Below, one piece after another: positions 34,999-46,800 of a stretch of DNA of 64,000 bases. The first letter of the stretch is position 1; every line of letters begins with the position of its first letter. The DNA is from Macrostomum lignano. Lineage: Eukaryota. Location of the stretch: NCBI GenBank assembly GCA_002269645.1, contig NIVC01002594.1:22909-86908 (forward strand). Reading direction: 5' to 3'. The notes below the pieces were generated by a model. It was not told where the DNA came from, made no database searches, and worked only from the letters and a program-made list of their open reading frames with translations. The translations under genes and the position numbers were made by a program.

Positions 34999-35799
34999 TC
35001 GCGCCTAGTCTGGCTGCTTCATCCGCCGCCTCCGCCTCCTCCGCAGTCCGACAGCCGAAGCCTTCATGACCTTGACAACGGCGCCACTCCCTCCGTCAAT
35101 CCGCTTGCGCGATCCGTCACTGAAGCCGCCTCGGATGCGCGTCTCGACGCCCACCTGACGCCGGCCAGGTTTCGCCAGCTCCTCGAACTGATGCTGACTG
35201 TCGAGCAGCAGCCTGACGAAGCCTCCGAAGACATCTGCTGCTGCTGCTGCTGCTCTGACATCTCCACTGTCGCCGACTGTCCGCGCCTTGCCATTCAAGA
35301 CGCCGTCCGCAAAAACATCTTGGCTCTAGCGCGAGTCAACCCGTCCTTAGCAACCGGTGCTGATTGGCTATTAAGCTTCCCTAGCAACCGGCCTGGCAGG
35401 CGTAAAGCTCTGCTCTGGGAGCTGCTGCTTCTGCTACTGCTGCCGCCGTCGGCATCAAGTGAGCGGCGTCGGAGACGGCTGGACCGATTCGCTGCAGCCG
35501 GATTGCACTGGCTGGTCGATGACTGCCCGGCAGGCGGTGATCTGGTCTGCTCAGCCCTGCCCTGCCTGCGTCCACTGCTGCGGTCTCTGGTGCGCCTGCG
35601 GACTGGCGGCGCGGAGGCGGCGCCGACAGCTGCTGCGGCAGTCGTGGCGTCGGCCGCCTCAGCCGCTTCGGAGTTCGCGCCGGCTCGGCTGCTTTGCGAG
35701 CTTCTTCGGCCGAGCGCCGAACAACTGCTGTCGCTTCTGCGACCGTCGGAGGCGCGGCTGTTGGCTCTGACTGTGGGGCACCTTGATAGGCCGGCTTAA
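34999..35799 (+). CDS. Orphan GC-rich exon-like ORF, Leu/Ala-rich helical protein of unknown identity
   Basis: The frame is open from 34969 to the stop at 35799. Candidate acceptors are CGCAG (34992) and CTGCAG (34998). GC content and the poly-P/poly-C/poly-L runs resemble the confirmed exons in this window. No family was recognised. Confidence 0.4.
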   Translation, partial: SRLVWLLHPPPPPPPQSDSRSLHDLDNGATPSVNPLARSVTEAASDARLDAHLTPARFRQLLELMLTVEQQPDEASEDICCCCCCSDISTVADCPRLAIQDAVRKNILALARVNPSLATGADWLLSFPSNRPGRRKALLWELLLLLLLPPSASSERRRRRLDRFAAAGLHWLVDDCPAGGDLVCSALPCLRPLLRSLVRLRTGGAEAAPTAAAAVVASAASAASEFAPARLLCELLRPSAEQLLSLLRPSEARLLALTVGHLDRPA

Positions 35800-35804
35800 A
35801 TTCC

Positions 35805-36670
35805 TCAACTGAGTAGCCATAATCCCTGATCCCCAATTTGAGTAGCCATAATCCCTGATCCCCAATTTAAGTAGCCATAATCCCTGATCCCCAATCTGAA
35901 TAGCCATAATCCCTGATCCCCAATCTGAATAGCCATAATCCCTGATCCCCAATCTGAGTAGCCATAATCCCTGATCCCCTATCTAAGTAGCCATAATCCC
36001 TGATCCCCAATCTGAATAGCCATAATCCCTGATCCCCAATTTGAGTAGCCATAATCCCTGATCCCCAATCTGAGTAGCCATAATCCCTGATCCCCAATCT
36101 GAATAGCCATAATCCCTGATCCCCAATCTGAATAGCCATAATCCCTGATCCCCAATCTGAGTAGCCATAATCCCTGATCCCCTATCTAAGTAGCCATAAT
36201 CCCTGATCCCCAATCTGAATAGCCATAATCCCTGATCCCCAATCTGAATAGCCATAATCCCTGATCCCCAATCTGAGTAGCCATAATCCCTGATCCCCTA
36301 TCTAAGTAGCCATAATCCCTGATCCCCAATCTGAGTAGCCATAATCCCTGATCCCCAATCTGAGTAGCCATAATCCCTGATCCCCAATCTGAGTAGCCAT
36401 AATCCCTGATCCCCAATCTGAGTAGCCATAATCCCTGATCCCCAATCTGAGTAGCCATAATCCCTGATCCCCAATCTGAGTAGCCATAATCCCTGATCCC
36501 CAATCTGAGTAGCCATAATCCCTGATCCCCAATCTGAGTAGCCATAATCCCTGATCCCCAATCTGAGTAGCCATAATCCCTGATCCCCAATCTGAGTAGC
36601 CATAATCCCTGATCCCCAATCTGAGTAGCCATAATCCCTGATCCCCAATCTGAGTAGCCATAATCTCTGA
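35805..36670. repeat. Minisatellite, 29-bp unit GAGTAGCCATAATCCCTGATCCCCAATCT, about 30 copies
   Basis: Direct reading. Confidence 0.97.
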
Positions 36671-37304
36671 TCCTATTTTATATAATCCCACAATAAAGCG
36701 ATATCTGGTGATAAAAATTTCTTTCTGAATTATATTGCATTTTGTACATTGCATACTACTGTCAGCTGTCAGTAGTTATTTAGCCATTCATGTTCACTTT
36801 CCTATCTATTTTTTGAGTTTGTCTGACTGAAGCTGTCGCTTTCGTGTCTGTATTGCAACAGATAAATACAAAACATATTTTGCTATACGAAATTGAACGC
36901 AATTTAATTAATTCAAATGTCACAATATTTCAGATATTGACTTGTTTTTAAAAAGTTTATCTTCCGTTTGAAAGGCACCGTCTCTTGGTTGATCGCTGGC
37001 TAAGAAAATATTCATCACAAATCCTCGTTACTTTGTACTCGTTACAAATAAATACAGAGGACATTTAAACTGACTTTGTGTCTACAGGAACGTCAGTCAG
37101 TCCTTCTCGGTCCTCACCCTGCTTGCCGTATCCGAAAACCAGGACAATTTCATAAGCTTGCTTTAATTGCTGTTAATTTTAGAAATTTTAATTAGACTTA
37201 AAAAAGAATTTTTAACACGACAGGGGTATTCTCGCTTCAGATTATGAACGATACCTTGCTGTTAATAATTAAAGACACGGAATTAAGGCATTGCGCTCCT
37301 AATG

Positions 37305-37840
37305 GTGACACAGTGGAATCAGTCCTCAGATAGTGGCACAGTGGAATCAGTCCTCAGATAGTGGCACAGTGGAATCAGTCCTCAGATAGTGGCACAGTGG
37401 AATCAGTCCTCAGATAGTGGCACAGTGGCATCAGTCCTTAGATAGTGGCACAATGGCATCAGTCCTCAGATAATGGCACAATGGCATCAGTCCTTAAATA
37501 GTGGCACAGTGGCATCAGTTCTCAGAAAGTGGCGCAATGGCATCATTCCTCAGATAGTGGCACAGTGGAATCAGTCCTCACATAGTGGCACAGTGGAATC
37601 AGTCCTCAGATAGTGGCACAATGGCATCATTCCTCAGATAGTGGCACAGTGGCATCAGTCCTCAGATAGTGGCACAGTGGAATCAGTCCTCAGATAGTGG
37701 CACAGTGGCATCAGTCCTCAGATAATGGCACAGTGGCATCAGTCCTCAGATAGTGGCACAGTGGCATCAGTCCTCAGATAGTGGCACAGTGGCATCAGTC
37801 CTCAGATAGTGGCACAGTGGAATCAGTCCTCAGATTATGG
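37305..37840. repeat. Minisatellite, 28-bp unit GTGGCACAGTGG(A/C)ATCAGTCCTCAGATA, about 19 copies
   Basis: Direct reading. Confidence 0.96.
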
Positions 37841-38537
37841 CAAGCTCACCTTTTGATGACATTGACTGCCTTCTTAATGCACGAGTTCCTTTAGTATGGC
37901 TGCTAAAGTGATATCTTATTTTGTTATCGAGATGGCATGCAGCACAATTTTAGACGAACATACACAGTGTCTTCTGCTCCGTGTTCATGGGCTCGGTTAA
38001 GAATCGCTTTCTAATGACGTCATAGTTCACCTGTCAATCCTTCATCTTGTAGCGCGTATTCCTCGTATATTATCGGCCTTAGAAAGTCTCAGCTTTCAGT
38101 CTCAAAAGCACGCCAAAGTTTGATATGGATCTTATACATTTTGCGTATTAAACTTGAGAACCAGGCTGACTGTAAACGATATCAAGTTCGGTATCATTTA
38201 TTACTTCAAATTTGTTTAGTTGCTAACCGCCCCCCTTCCGCGTATTAGCATTGACGTGAAAGATTACGAGGGCCTGTATCATCAGATATTCTGATTGCCG
38301 TGTCAGCTTAAACACACTGGAAAAAATACAGTAGCTGAAGTTTAGGCCATAGACTAAAAGAATATATCTCAAGGACTTCTTAATCACTCACGACGAGAAA
38401 TTCGCAAATCATGATCGCGCCATAGTCTCCACCTGTAGCAATACACTCCTCCCATGGCTTGAGCATTCCGGTCAATCGCATCAGAGCAGCATTGTCTTGA
38501 AAGAACTTAGCGGAATGGGCGATCCTGGCCAACCATC

Positions 38538-39078
38538 CTGCAGCTAAGTCAAGTCTTAAAAGACCATGGCGTCAGACCTTGCCTGCCAAATGATCCCTGC
38601 TGGCATCAGGGATGACCCAAAATGGCCAAAATATACGAGATCGAATCCGCCCTGCGCAGGGCCCTGCTTGGACTCAACCGCAGGGACATCAGGGCGGTGG
38701 CCATGGCCCTCTCGGGTCATGGCTGTTTTGCCAGGCATCGTCACCTCTAGGGAAAAATCCGCAGTGAGGAATGCCCTTTCTTCCTCTCCGGTGTCGAGAA
38801 TGTGGGGCACTTTATCTGTGAATGCCCCGCCTTTACTCAGGACAGGCTCACCTACCTCGGCCCAAACCCGGACCTCTCCGACGTTTTCAGGCCCGAGAAT
38901 CTCTGCCAGCTCGTCCGCTACCTAAGGGCTACCGGGCGAGCGACAGTCCACCTCCTGGACTCTCCGGAGGGACCACGCTGCGGACACCGGCACCACCGGA
39001 ACTCCTTGCGCGACACCGCAGCACTAGCGTCTCCTCGCTGTTTCCGGACGCACGGAGCCCTCTGCAGCTAAGTCAAGT
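38538..39078 (+). mobile_element. 3' fragment of a non-LTR retrotransposon (I/R1/Loa-type C-terminal CCHC region) bounded by 17-bp direct repeats
   Basis: Translation gives [73 protein letters not shown] occurs at 38538-38554 and at 39062-39078. Confidence 0.75.
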
Positions 39079-39306
39079 AAGTCAAATACGAGATTGAATT
39101 TATTACAGAGAAGAAATTTGCGGCTTTAAACTGACACAATTTTAAGTATAACCTTGTTTCATTTTTTCTCTGGGATTAAGTGTCCAAACTTTCCGGACGC
39201 ACCTCATATCTCGACGCTTCGCTCGAATCCAAATAATTAAAATACAGCCTCGACACTCTGACCAAAGAAGGTCAAATTAGAATTGCTTTTGTCAGCCAAG
39301 TTGGTA

Positions 39307-39530
39307 CACCTTTTCACGTTCAATTTTGAACAAAGTCCAGTTCTAAAAAAACTAGCGGAAATTCAATTCAGACAATTCCGACTGGGGACAATTTTGTCTA
39401 TGGCTAAACCTCGCTTCCGTAGCAGAATGTTTTGAACTGGGTTTTGTTGCCCCAGTCTGAATTGTCTGAATTGAATTTCCGCTAGTTTTTTTAGAACTGG
39501 ACTTTGTTCAAAATCGAACGTGAAAAGGTG
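39307..39530. mobile_element. MITE with ~85-bp terminal inverted repeats flanked by TA
   Basis: TA-CACCTTTTCACGTTC..TTTTGAACAAAGTCCAGTTCTAAAAAAACTAGCGGAAATTCAATTCAGACAATT... is mirrored at 39447-39530, followed by TA. Confidence 0.85.
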
Positions 39531-40801
39531 TAGTAAAGCCAACCAAGTTGTGGGTCTTGCCCATAGACATAGACGGAAAAGGCGAGCAAGTTGATGATTC
39601 GGCCATAGACATCAGCACAACGAAGGATGCCAGCAGCAGCCTCTCAAACGACGTCTCATGATTTTTGAGGGCCTGGGCCGAAGAGCCCAAATTGAATTGT
39701 CAAAGTTTTGTCTATGGCACTTATTATGAAGCCAAAAGTCAAAATATTACGCACATAGCTGGTGTCTCAATCGATGCTTTTGAAAAGCAAGCTAAAACTT
39801 CCTCTGCGTGAGGTGTTCTATTTTATTTAGTTAGCTCTCAACTGCTAGAAGAATTACCTGTACTAAGAGAAACAAATTGGCAAGCATTGGTCGCGCTGGA
39901 AGTACGCGGACAAGCTCCTCTTCTTCAACTCTTACTGCATGGCCCCTGGGCAAAGTTGCCTGAGTCAATACGCGTTTGTTTTTGCTTCCTAAAGCGCTTG
40001 CTGCTTCTGCTGTTGCTGCTGCTAAAAGTCGGGCGCAAGCAAAGTTTCCACTAGTCTAGCGGATGCAGAGAAAAGCCCGGCCGCTGAGCCCAGTGGAGGC
40101 GAATTTCGGTGCCGTTGACACGCGAAATCCTGTCGATTCCGCTAGGGAAAGCCTTCGCCTTATTGCCCCGATTTCTTGCCGCATCGGCAAGACAAAGCGG
40201 GGGCCCCCAGTTCGCCCCGACTCCCATTTCTTCTTTATCCCTCCGGGAGCCTTCTCTGGGGCTTCCGTCTTCCTCTGCTTCCAGGCCCGTTCTTCCTGCT
40301 CCCTGATCCCCCGGCGGGCTCAACTTCTCATAACTCCGACGGCAACTTCCAGACATCGTTAATGAAGCATCTGGCTATCACTTACATGGAGATTAGGGAT
40401 GCAGAATGAGCAGGGAGTCAGAAAATGGTTCCCTTTTCGCTCTGATTGTCCGTCATCTTATCCCTGTTGTCCTTGGGGCTCTGTCGATAGTTTTGAGTTG
40501 CCTGGCAATTCTTATGGAGCCCGTCTCTCTCTCTCTCTCTCTTGAGTTGAGTCCCCGGGCCCATTGGCTGCCCCAGCTAAAGAGCGGCCAACCACCCTCC
40601 TCCCGCGCTGGTCGAGGCTGCTGCTGCTGCCGGCCCCGCCTCCTCGCCTTCCTCTTATATTGCAGAGTCGCCTTCTTATTCATCTCCCACTAGCAACAGG
40701 CTGGCTGAATAGGATTCCGCCAATATCTGGTCTCCGAGCTCAGCAACAGCAGCTCAGAATCCGGCCTGCAACCTACTCAACCATCTGAGCCTAACAAAGG
40801 G

Positions 40802-43800
40802 ATGCAGAAGGAAGACGAGGAGATTGAAGCCGCTGAGAAGCGGCTGGAGCCCGAGGCTGAGCCGATGCTCAATTCAACGCCTATGCGGCTGCTGCCGAAG
40901 GAGGCCGACGATGGGGTGAGCTGATGAAGGAGTCTGGGACGGACAATTTAGCATGCTTCTATTCTTACTTCGGAATACGAGCTGTGTAGACAATTGCACT
41001 TATAAACTCAAAAAATCCTCAACAGCAGAAGCCGCCGCCCTACGAAGACTGCCAGCTGGTGGAAGCTCCGGCCATCGGTCGCGAGACCTGGAACCAGAAG
41101 ATCGACTTCCTGCTGGCCGTTGTCGGTTTCGCCGTCGACCTCGGCAACGTGTGGCGATTCCCCTACATCTGCTACAGGAACGGGGGCGGTAGGTTTGCCG
41201 CCTTGACTGTCACGTGACTGTTAATTAGGTAGTCAGTTAGTTATATTTGTGTACCCTACTGGAGATTTTGAACTAATTGATATGAGTAGTATAAAGCGCT
41301 ATACTTAGGATTGTTAGGCAGGGCATGACGTGAGCTGGGCGTCCGTCAATGTACAGAGACCAGAAGAACGAAGCTGAAGGTGTACAAAAAAGCCCAACCC
41401 ACCTCGCCGTGTCACTTCCAGGCGCATTCCTGGTGCCCTACCTTGTCATGTACATCTTCGGCGGCCTGCCACTGTTCTACATGGAGCTGGCGCTGGGCCA
41501 GTACCAGCGCTGCGGCTGCATTACCGTGTGGAAGCGCATCTGCCCGATGTTCAAAGGTGAGCCGGCAGTCAACATCACTTTATGAGCAATGGATTCAGAC
41601 TCGAGCAGTCACAGAAAATACGCTGCTGATTTAAAGAGTGTTCTTGGGAAAGTGTTCTTGGTTGTAGCCTAGTAGGGAGTTGTAGCCTAGTGAGGTTTGT
41701 AGCCTAGTGAGGTTTTTAGCCTAGTGAGGGATGTAGCCTAGTGAGGTTTGTAGCCTAGTGAGGTTTGTAGCCTAGTGAGGTTTGTAGCCTAGTGAGGGAT
41801 GTAGCCTAGTGAGGGTTGTAGCCTAGTGAGGGATGTATCCTAGTGAGGGTTGTAGCCTAGTGAGGGATGTAGCCTAGTGAGGTTTGTAGCCTAGTGAGGT
41901 TTGTAGCCTAGTGAGGTTTGTAGCCTAGTGAGGTTTGTAGCCTAGTGAGGTTTGTAGCCTAGTGAGGTTTGTAGCCTAGTGAGGGATGTAGCCTAGTGAG
42001 GGGATGTAGCCTAGTGAGGTTTGTAGCCTAGTGAGGTTTGTAGCCTAGTGAGGTTTGTAGCCTAGTGAGGGATGTAGCCTAGTGAGGTTTGTAGCCTAGT
42101 GAGGTTTGTAGCCTAGTGAGGTTTGTAGCCTAGTGAGGGATGTAGCCTAGTGAGGGATGTAGCCTAGTGAGGGATGTAGCCTAGTGAGGGATGTAGCCTA
42201 GAGAGGTTTGTAGCCTAGTGAGGTTTGTAGCCTAGTGAGGTTTGTAGCCTAGTGAGGGATGTAGCCTAGTGAGGGATGTAGCCTAGTGAGGGATGTAGCC
42301 TAGTGAGGGATGTAGCCTAGTGAGGGATGTAGCCTAGTGAGAGTTGTAGCCTAGTGAGGGATGTAGCCTAGTGAGGGTTGTAGCCTAGTGAGGTTTGTAG
42401 CCTAGTGAGGGATGTAGCCTAGTGAGGTTTGTAGCCTAGTGAGGTTTGTAGCCTAGTGAGGGATGTAGCCTAGTGAGGGATGTAGCCTAGTGAGGGATGT
42501 AGCCTAGTGAGGGATGTAGCCTAGTGAGAGTTGTAGCCTAGTGAGGGATGTAGCCTAGTGAGAGTTGTAGCCTAGTGAGGGATGTAGCCTAGTGAGGGTT
42601 GTAGCCTAGTGAGGTTTGTAGCCTAGTGAGGGATGTAGCCTAGTGAGGGATGTAGCCTAGTGAGGGATGTAGCCTAGTGAGGGATGTAGCCTAGTGAGAG
42701 TTGTAGCCTAGTGAGGGATGTAGCCTAGTGAGGGTTGTAGCCTAGTGAGGTTTGTAGCCTAGTGAGGGATGTAGCCTAGTGAGGGATGTAGCCTAGTGAG
42801 GTTTGTAGCCTAGTGAGGTTTTTAGCCTAGTGAGGGATGTAGCCTAGTGAGGTTTGTAGCCTAGTGAGGGATGTAGCCTAGTGAGGGTTGTAGCCTAGTG
42901 AGAGTTGTAGCCTAGTGAGGGATGTAGCCTAGTGAGGTTTGTAGCCTAGTGAGGTTTGTAGCCTAGTGAGGGATGTAGCCTAGTGAGGGATGTAGCCTAG
43001 TGAGGGATGTAGCCTAGTGAGGGATGTAGCCTAGTGAGGGATGTAGCCTAGTGAGAGTTGTAGCCTAGTGAGGGATGTAGCCTAGTGAGGGTTGTAGCCT
43101 AGTGAGGTTTGTAGCCTAGTGAGGGATGTAGCCTAGTGAGGGATGTAGCCTAGTGAGGGATGTAGCCTAGTGAGGGATGTAGCCTAGTGAGGGATGTAGC
43201 CTAGTGAGGTTTGTAGCCTAGTGAGAGTTGTAGCCTAGTGAGAGTTGTAGCCTAGTGAGGGATGTAGCCTAGTGAGGGTTGTAGCCTAGTGAGAGTTGTA
43301 GCCTAGTGAGGGATGTAGCCTAGTGAGGTTTGTAGCCTAGTGAGGTTTGTAGCCTAGTGAGGTTTGTAGCCTAGTGAGGGTTGTAGCCTAGTGAGAGTTG
43401 TAGCCTAGTGAGGGATGTAGCCTAGTGAGGGTTGTAGCCTAGTGAGGGTTGTAGCCTAGTGGTTAGAGCGTCGGACTCACGACTGAAAGGTCGGGGGTTC
43501 GATTCCCGATTCTACTGGAACAATACTGACACTTAACTCCGCATTGCTTGAGCTCCCCCAACTGTAAAATGGGTGCCAGCATTAGCTGGGGTAATTGAAT
43601 GTGTGTGGTGACCCCCCAGTATTTGGACTGAACAGCCGTGTGCAGCCTTCAGATGCGCCGCGCAATACCTGTGGCTGAGCTGTCGGTTGCACATCTGGCC
43701 CAATTGGGGCAGGTGTAATCAATTATTATTATTATTGGGAAAGCAGCACCCCAGGGTCCGTCTCAGAGCCTGGGCGCGAACTCAGGCCGCGCGGCCGACC

Positions 43801-46800
43801 GGATCCGAGGCGTCGGCATCGGCCAGTAAGAGTCGTTGACGGCGCAACAGATTGCTTTGCCGGCGTGCGCCGCACCAACTTTCTGTTCAAGCGAGTCCCG
43901 TCAGCGTTCAGGTCTCGGCGTTGTACAGCAGGGCCTTAAAGCAGTCAACTTAGTCTGAAAAATAGAAGTGAATCACAATTGGGTGTAGAATAATCGAAAA
44001 TCAAAAACTTAACCCGTTCACCTGGTTGTCCAATCTTCAATTTAACTAACCAGGTGTCGGAATCGGTATCTGCATTGCTGGCACCTACGTCGCCTTCTAC
44101 TATAACACCATCATGGCCTGGGCTCTGTACTTTCTCTATCAGAGCATCGCTTGCACTTTCAACGGCGGCGTCCTGCCCTGGATGACCTGCCAGCCGGACG
44201 AGCCGCGCTGTCGCACCTTCGAGCAGAAGCTCAATAACAGCGACATTGGCAAGAACTGCACGACAGGCGAAAATGGAACCTGCACGCTGTCCTCTAGCGA
44301 GGTCTTCTTCTAGTGAGCATGAGATTTCCATCTGGTGCGGTCACTCTCAAGGTCACTGCGACTGTCACTGTTTAAGTCATTCTGAATGGCGCTCTCTAAG
44401 TCATTTTAACTCACTCGTAAAGTCACTCCGGCTGTCACCTCGACTATCACTCTTAAAGTCACTCCGACTGTCATTCCGACTGTCACTCCTAAAGTAACTT
44501 CGGCTGTCACTCTTAAAGTCACTCCAGTTGTCATTTTGACTGTTACTCCTAAAGTCACTTCGGCTGTCACCTCGACTGTCAGTCCTAAAGTCACTCCGGC
44601 TGTCATTCCGACTGTCACTCTTTAAGTCATTCTGAATGGCACTCTCTAAGTCATTTTAACTCACTCGTAAAGTCACTCCGGTTGTCACCTCGACTATCAC
44701 TCTTAAAGTCACTCCGACTGTCATTCCGACTGTCACTCCTAAAGTAACTCCGGCTGTCACTCTTAAAGTCACTCCAGTTGTCATTTTGACTGTTACTCCT
44801 AAAGTCACTTCGGCTGTCACCTCGACTGTCAATCCCAAAGTCACTCCGGCTGTAATTTTGACTGTCACTCCTACAGTCACTCCGACCGTCACTTCAAATT
44901 TTAAACCTATGGGTCATGGCCAAAGACTTTCACTCCTAAGAGTCACTCCGGCCCTCAATTTCGAGTTCACTCCGACTTGTCACTGCCAAAGTTCACTCAA
45001 CTGCCAACCCACCCCTCCCCTCCCAACTGCAGCAAGAAGGTCCTGGAGATTCAAAACTCCAACGGCATCGGCGATGTCGGCGGCGTCAAGCCGGAGATCG
45101 CCATCTGCCTGGTGATCGTCTTTGCCATCGTGTACTTCTCCATCTGGAAGGGCGTCAAGAGCAGTGGAAAGGTTCGACTGGCTTTTTGGATGCCAGAATA
45201 TGAATTCAGTTTTGTTCTGCATCCTCCCCTCAGTTCGGCCTTTCAGATCCCACTCTTCATCTCTGCGGAATCTGATTGCGATTTGTGGGGAAGAATTTTG
45301 TAGGATTAGATCCCAATTAGAGAGGGGATTTTCGGCCATCTCCCATCCACTCGGCCCTCGGTCTCGGTCAACTGGTTGCTGACGCTGAGCAGCATTATTT
45401 GGGGAAGAATTGGGATTTCCATTGTCGGATGCCATCTCAGCGAGCGTTTATCTCCGACACGGTTCGAATTGATGAAGGAGAGCCGGAGTTTGGACAGGGG
45501 CAGGCAAGGGGATTTGTCAAAGTCCGATTGGGGATGCTCCATCATGGAGCAGTCATCCAGGACCCGCTGCTAGTTGTTGGGGGGCCATCCGGCATCGAGA
45601 TTTCTCTTGTCTGATCGGGCGCTAAAAGCCGCTAAGGCAAGTCTGAGTGCTGGCAGAACTCTGATGCGGCTGCAGCATCTGTCCCGGTATCAAATCGCAC
45701 CCACGACTCTGCTGCAATCTTCTTTAACTCTTTTTATGGTCTGTGTAGTTCAGCAGTGGGCAGCCGGATGTGCTATTGCATAGATGGCCGTAAACTATCG
45801 CTTAAAAGTTGAAAAAAACAAGTTGTAAAAACGGCGATAGAGGTAGCCAATGACAAGGATGCCGACTGTATAAGGAGAGGATTATCGGGCTGATCAACTG
45901 GGAAAGATGACAATAGAGAAGGGAAGATTTAATTAAAGATATGGGACTTAAGGCTAAAGACAGAGAGGGGGAGTAGGGGAGAGACAGTAGGAGATAAAGG
46001 GAGAGACAGAGGGAGATTAAGGGAGAGACAGAGGGAGATTAAGGGAGAGACAGAGGGAGATTAAGGGAGAGACAGAGGGAGAGACAGGGAGAGACAGAGG
46101 AAGATTAAGGGAGAGACAGAGGAAGATTAAGGGAGAGACAGAGGAAGATTAAGGGAGAGACAGAGGGAGATTAAGGGAGAGACAGAGGAAGATTAAGGGA
46201 GAGACAGAGGGAGATTAAGGGAGAGACAGAGGGAGATTAAGGGAGAGACAGAGGGAGATTAAGGGAGAGACAGCGGGAAATAAAGGGAGAGACAGAGGGA
46301 GATTAAGGGAGAGACAGAGGGAGATTAAGGGAGAGACAGAGAGAGATTAAGGGAGAGACAGATTAAGGGAGAGACCGAGGGAGATTAAGGGAGAGACAGA
46401 GGGAGATTAAGGGAGAGACAGAGGGAGATTAAGGGAGAGACAGAGGGAGATTAAGGGAGAGACCGAGTGAGATTAAGGGAGAGACAGAGTGAGATTAAGG
46501 GAGAGACAGAGAGAGATTAAGGGAGAGACCGAGGGAGATTAAGGGAGAGACAGAGGGAGATTAAGGGAGAGACAGAGTGGATGAGAGAGGGAGCAAGAGT
46601 GGGATAAAAGTACATGATTCTGAGCACTATGTCCCATGTCCCAGTTATTACTAACTCGACTTACAAAACTCCCGCAGGCTGTGTGGTTCACGGCAACAAT
46701 GCCCTACATTGTTCTGCTAATCTTGCTAATCCGCGGACTCATGCTGGAAGGCTCAATGGGCGGTATCTGGTACTACCTGACTCCCAAGTGGGAGAGGCTG

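Noticed and set aside
41661-43460. Regular arrays considered as CRISPR-like
   Set aside because: No unique spacers, no cas genes and a eukaryotic context. The same applies to all other arrays in the window.
43445-43515. tRNA gene
   Set aside because: No acceptor-stem pairing and no T-run terminator. It continues into a CORE-like body, so it was called a SINE.
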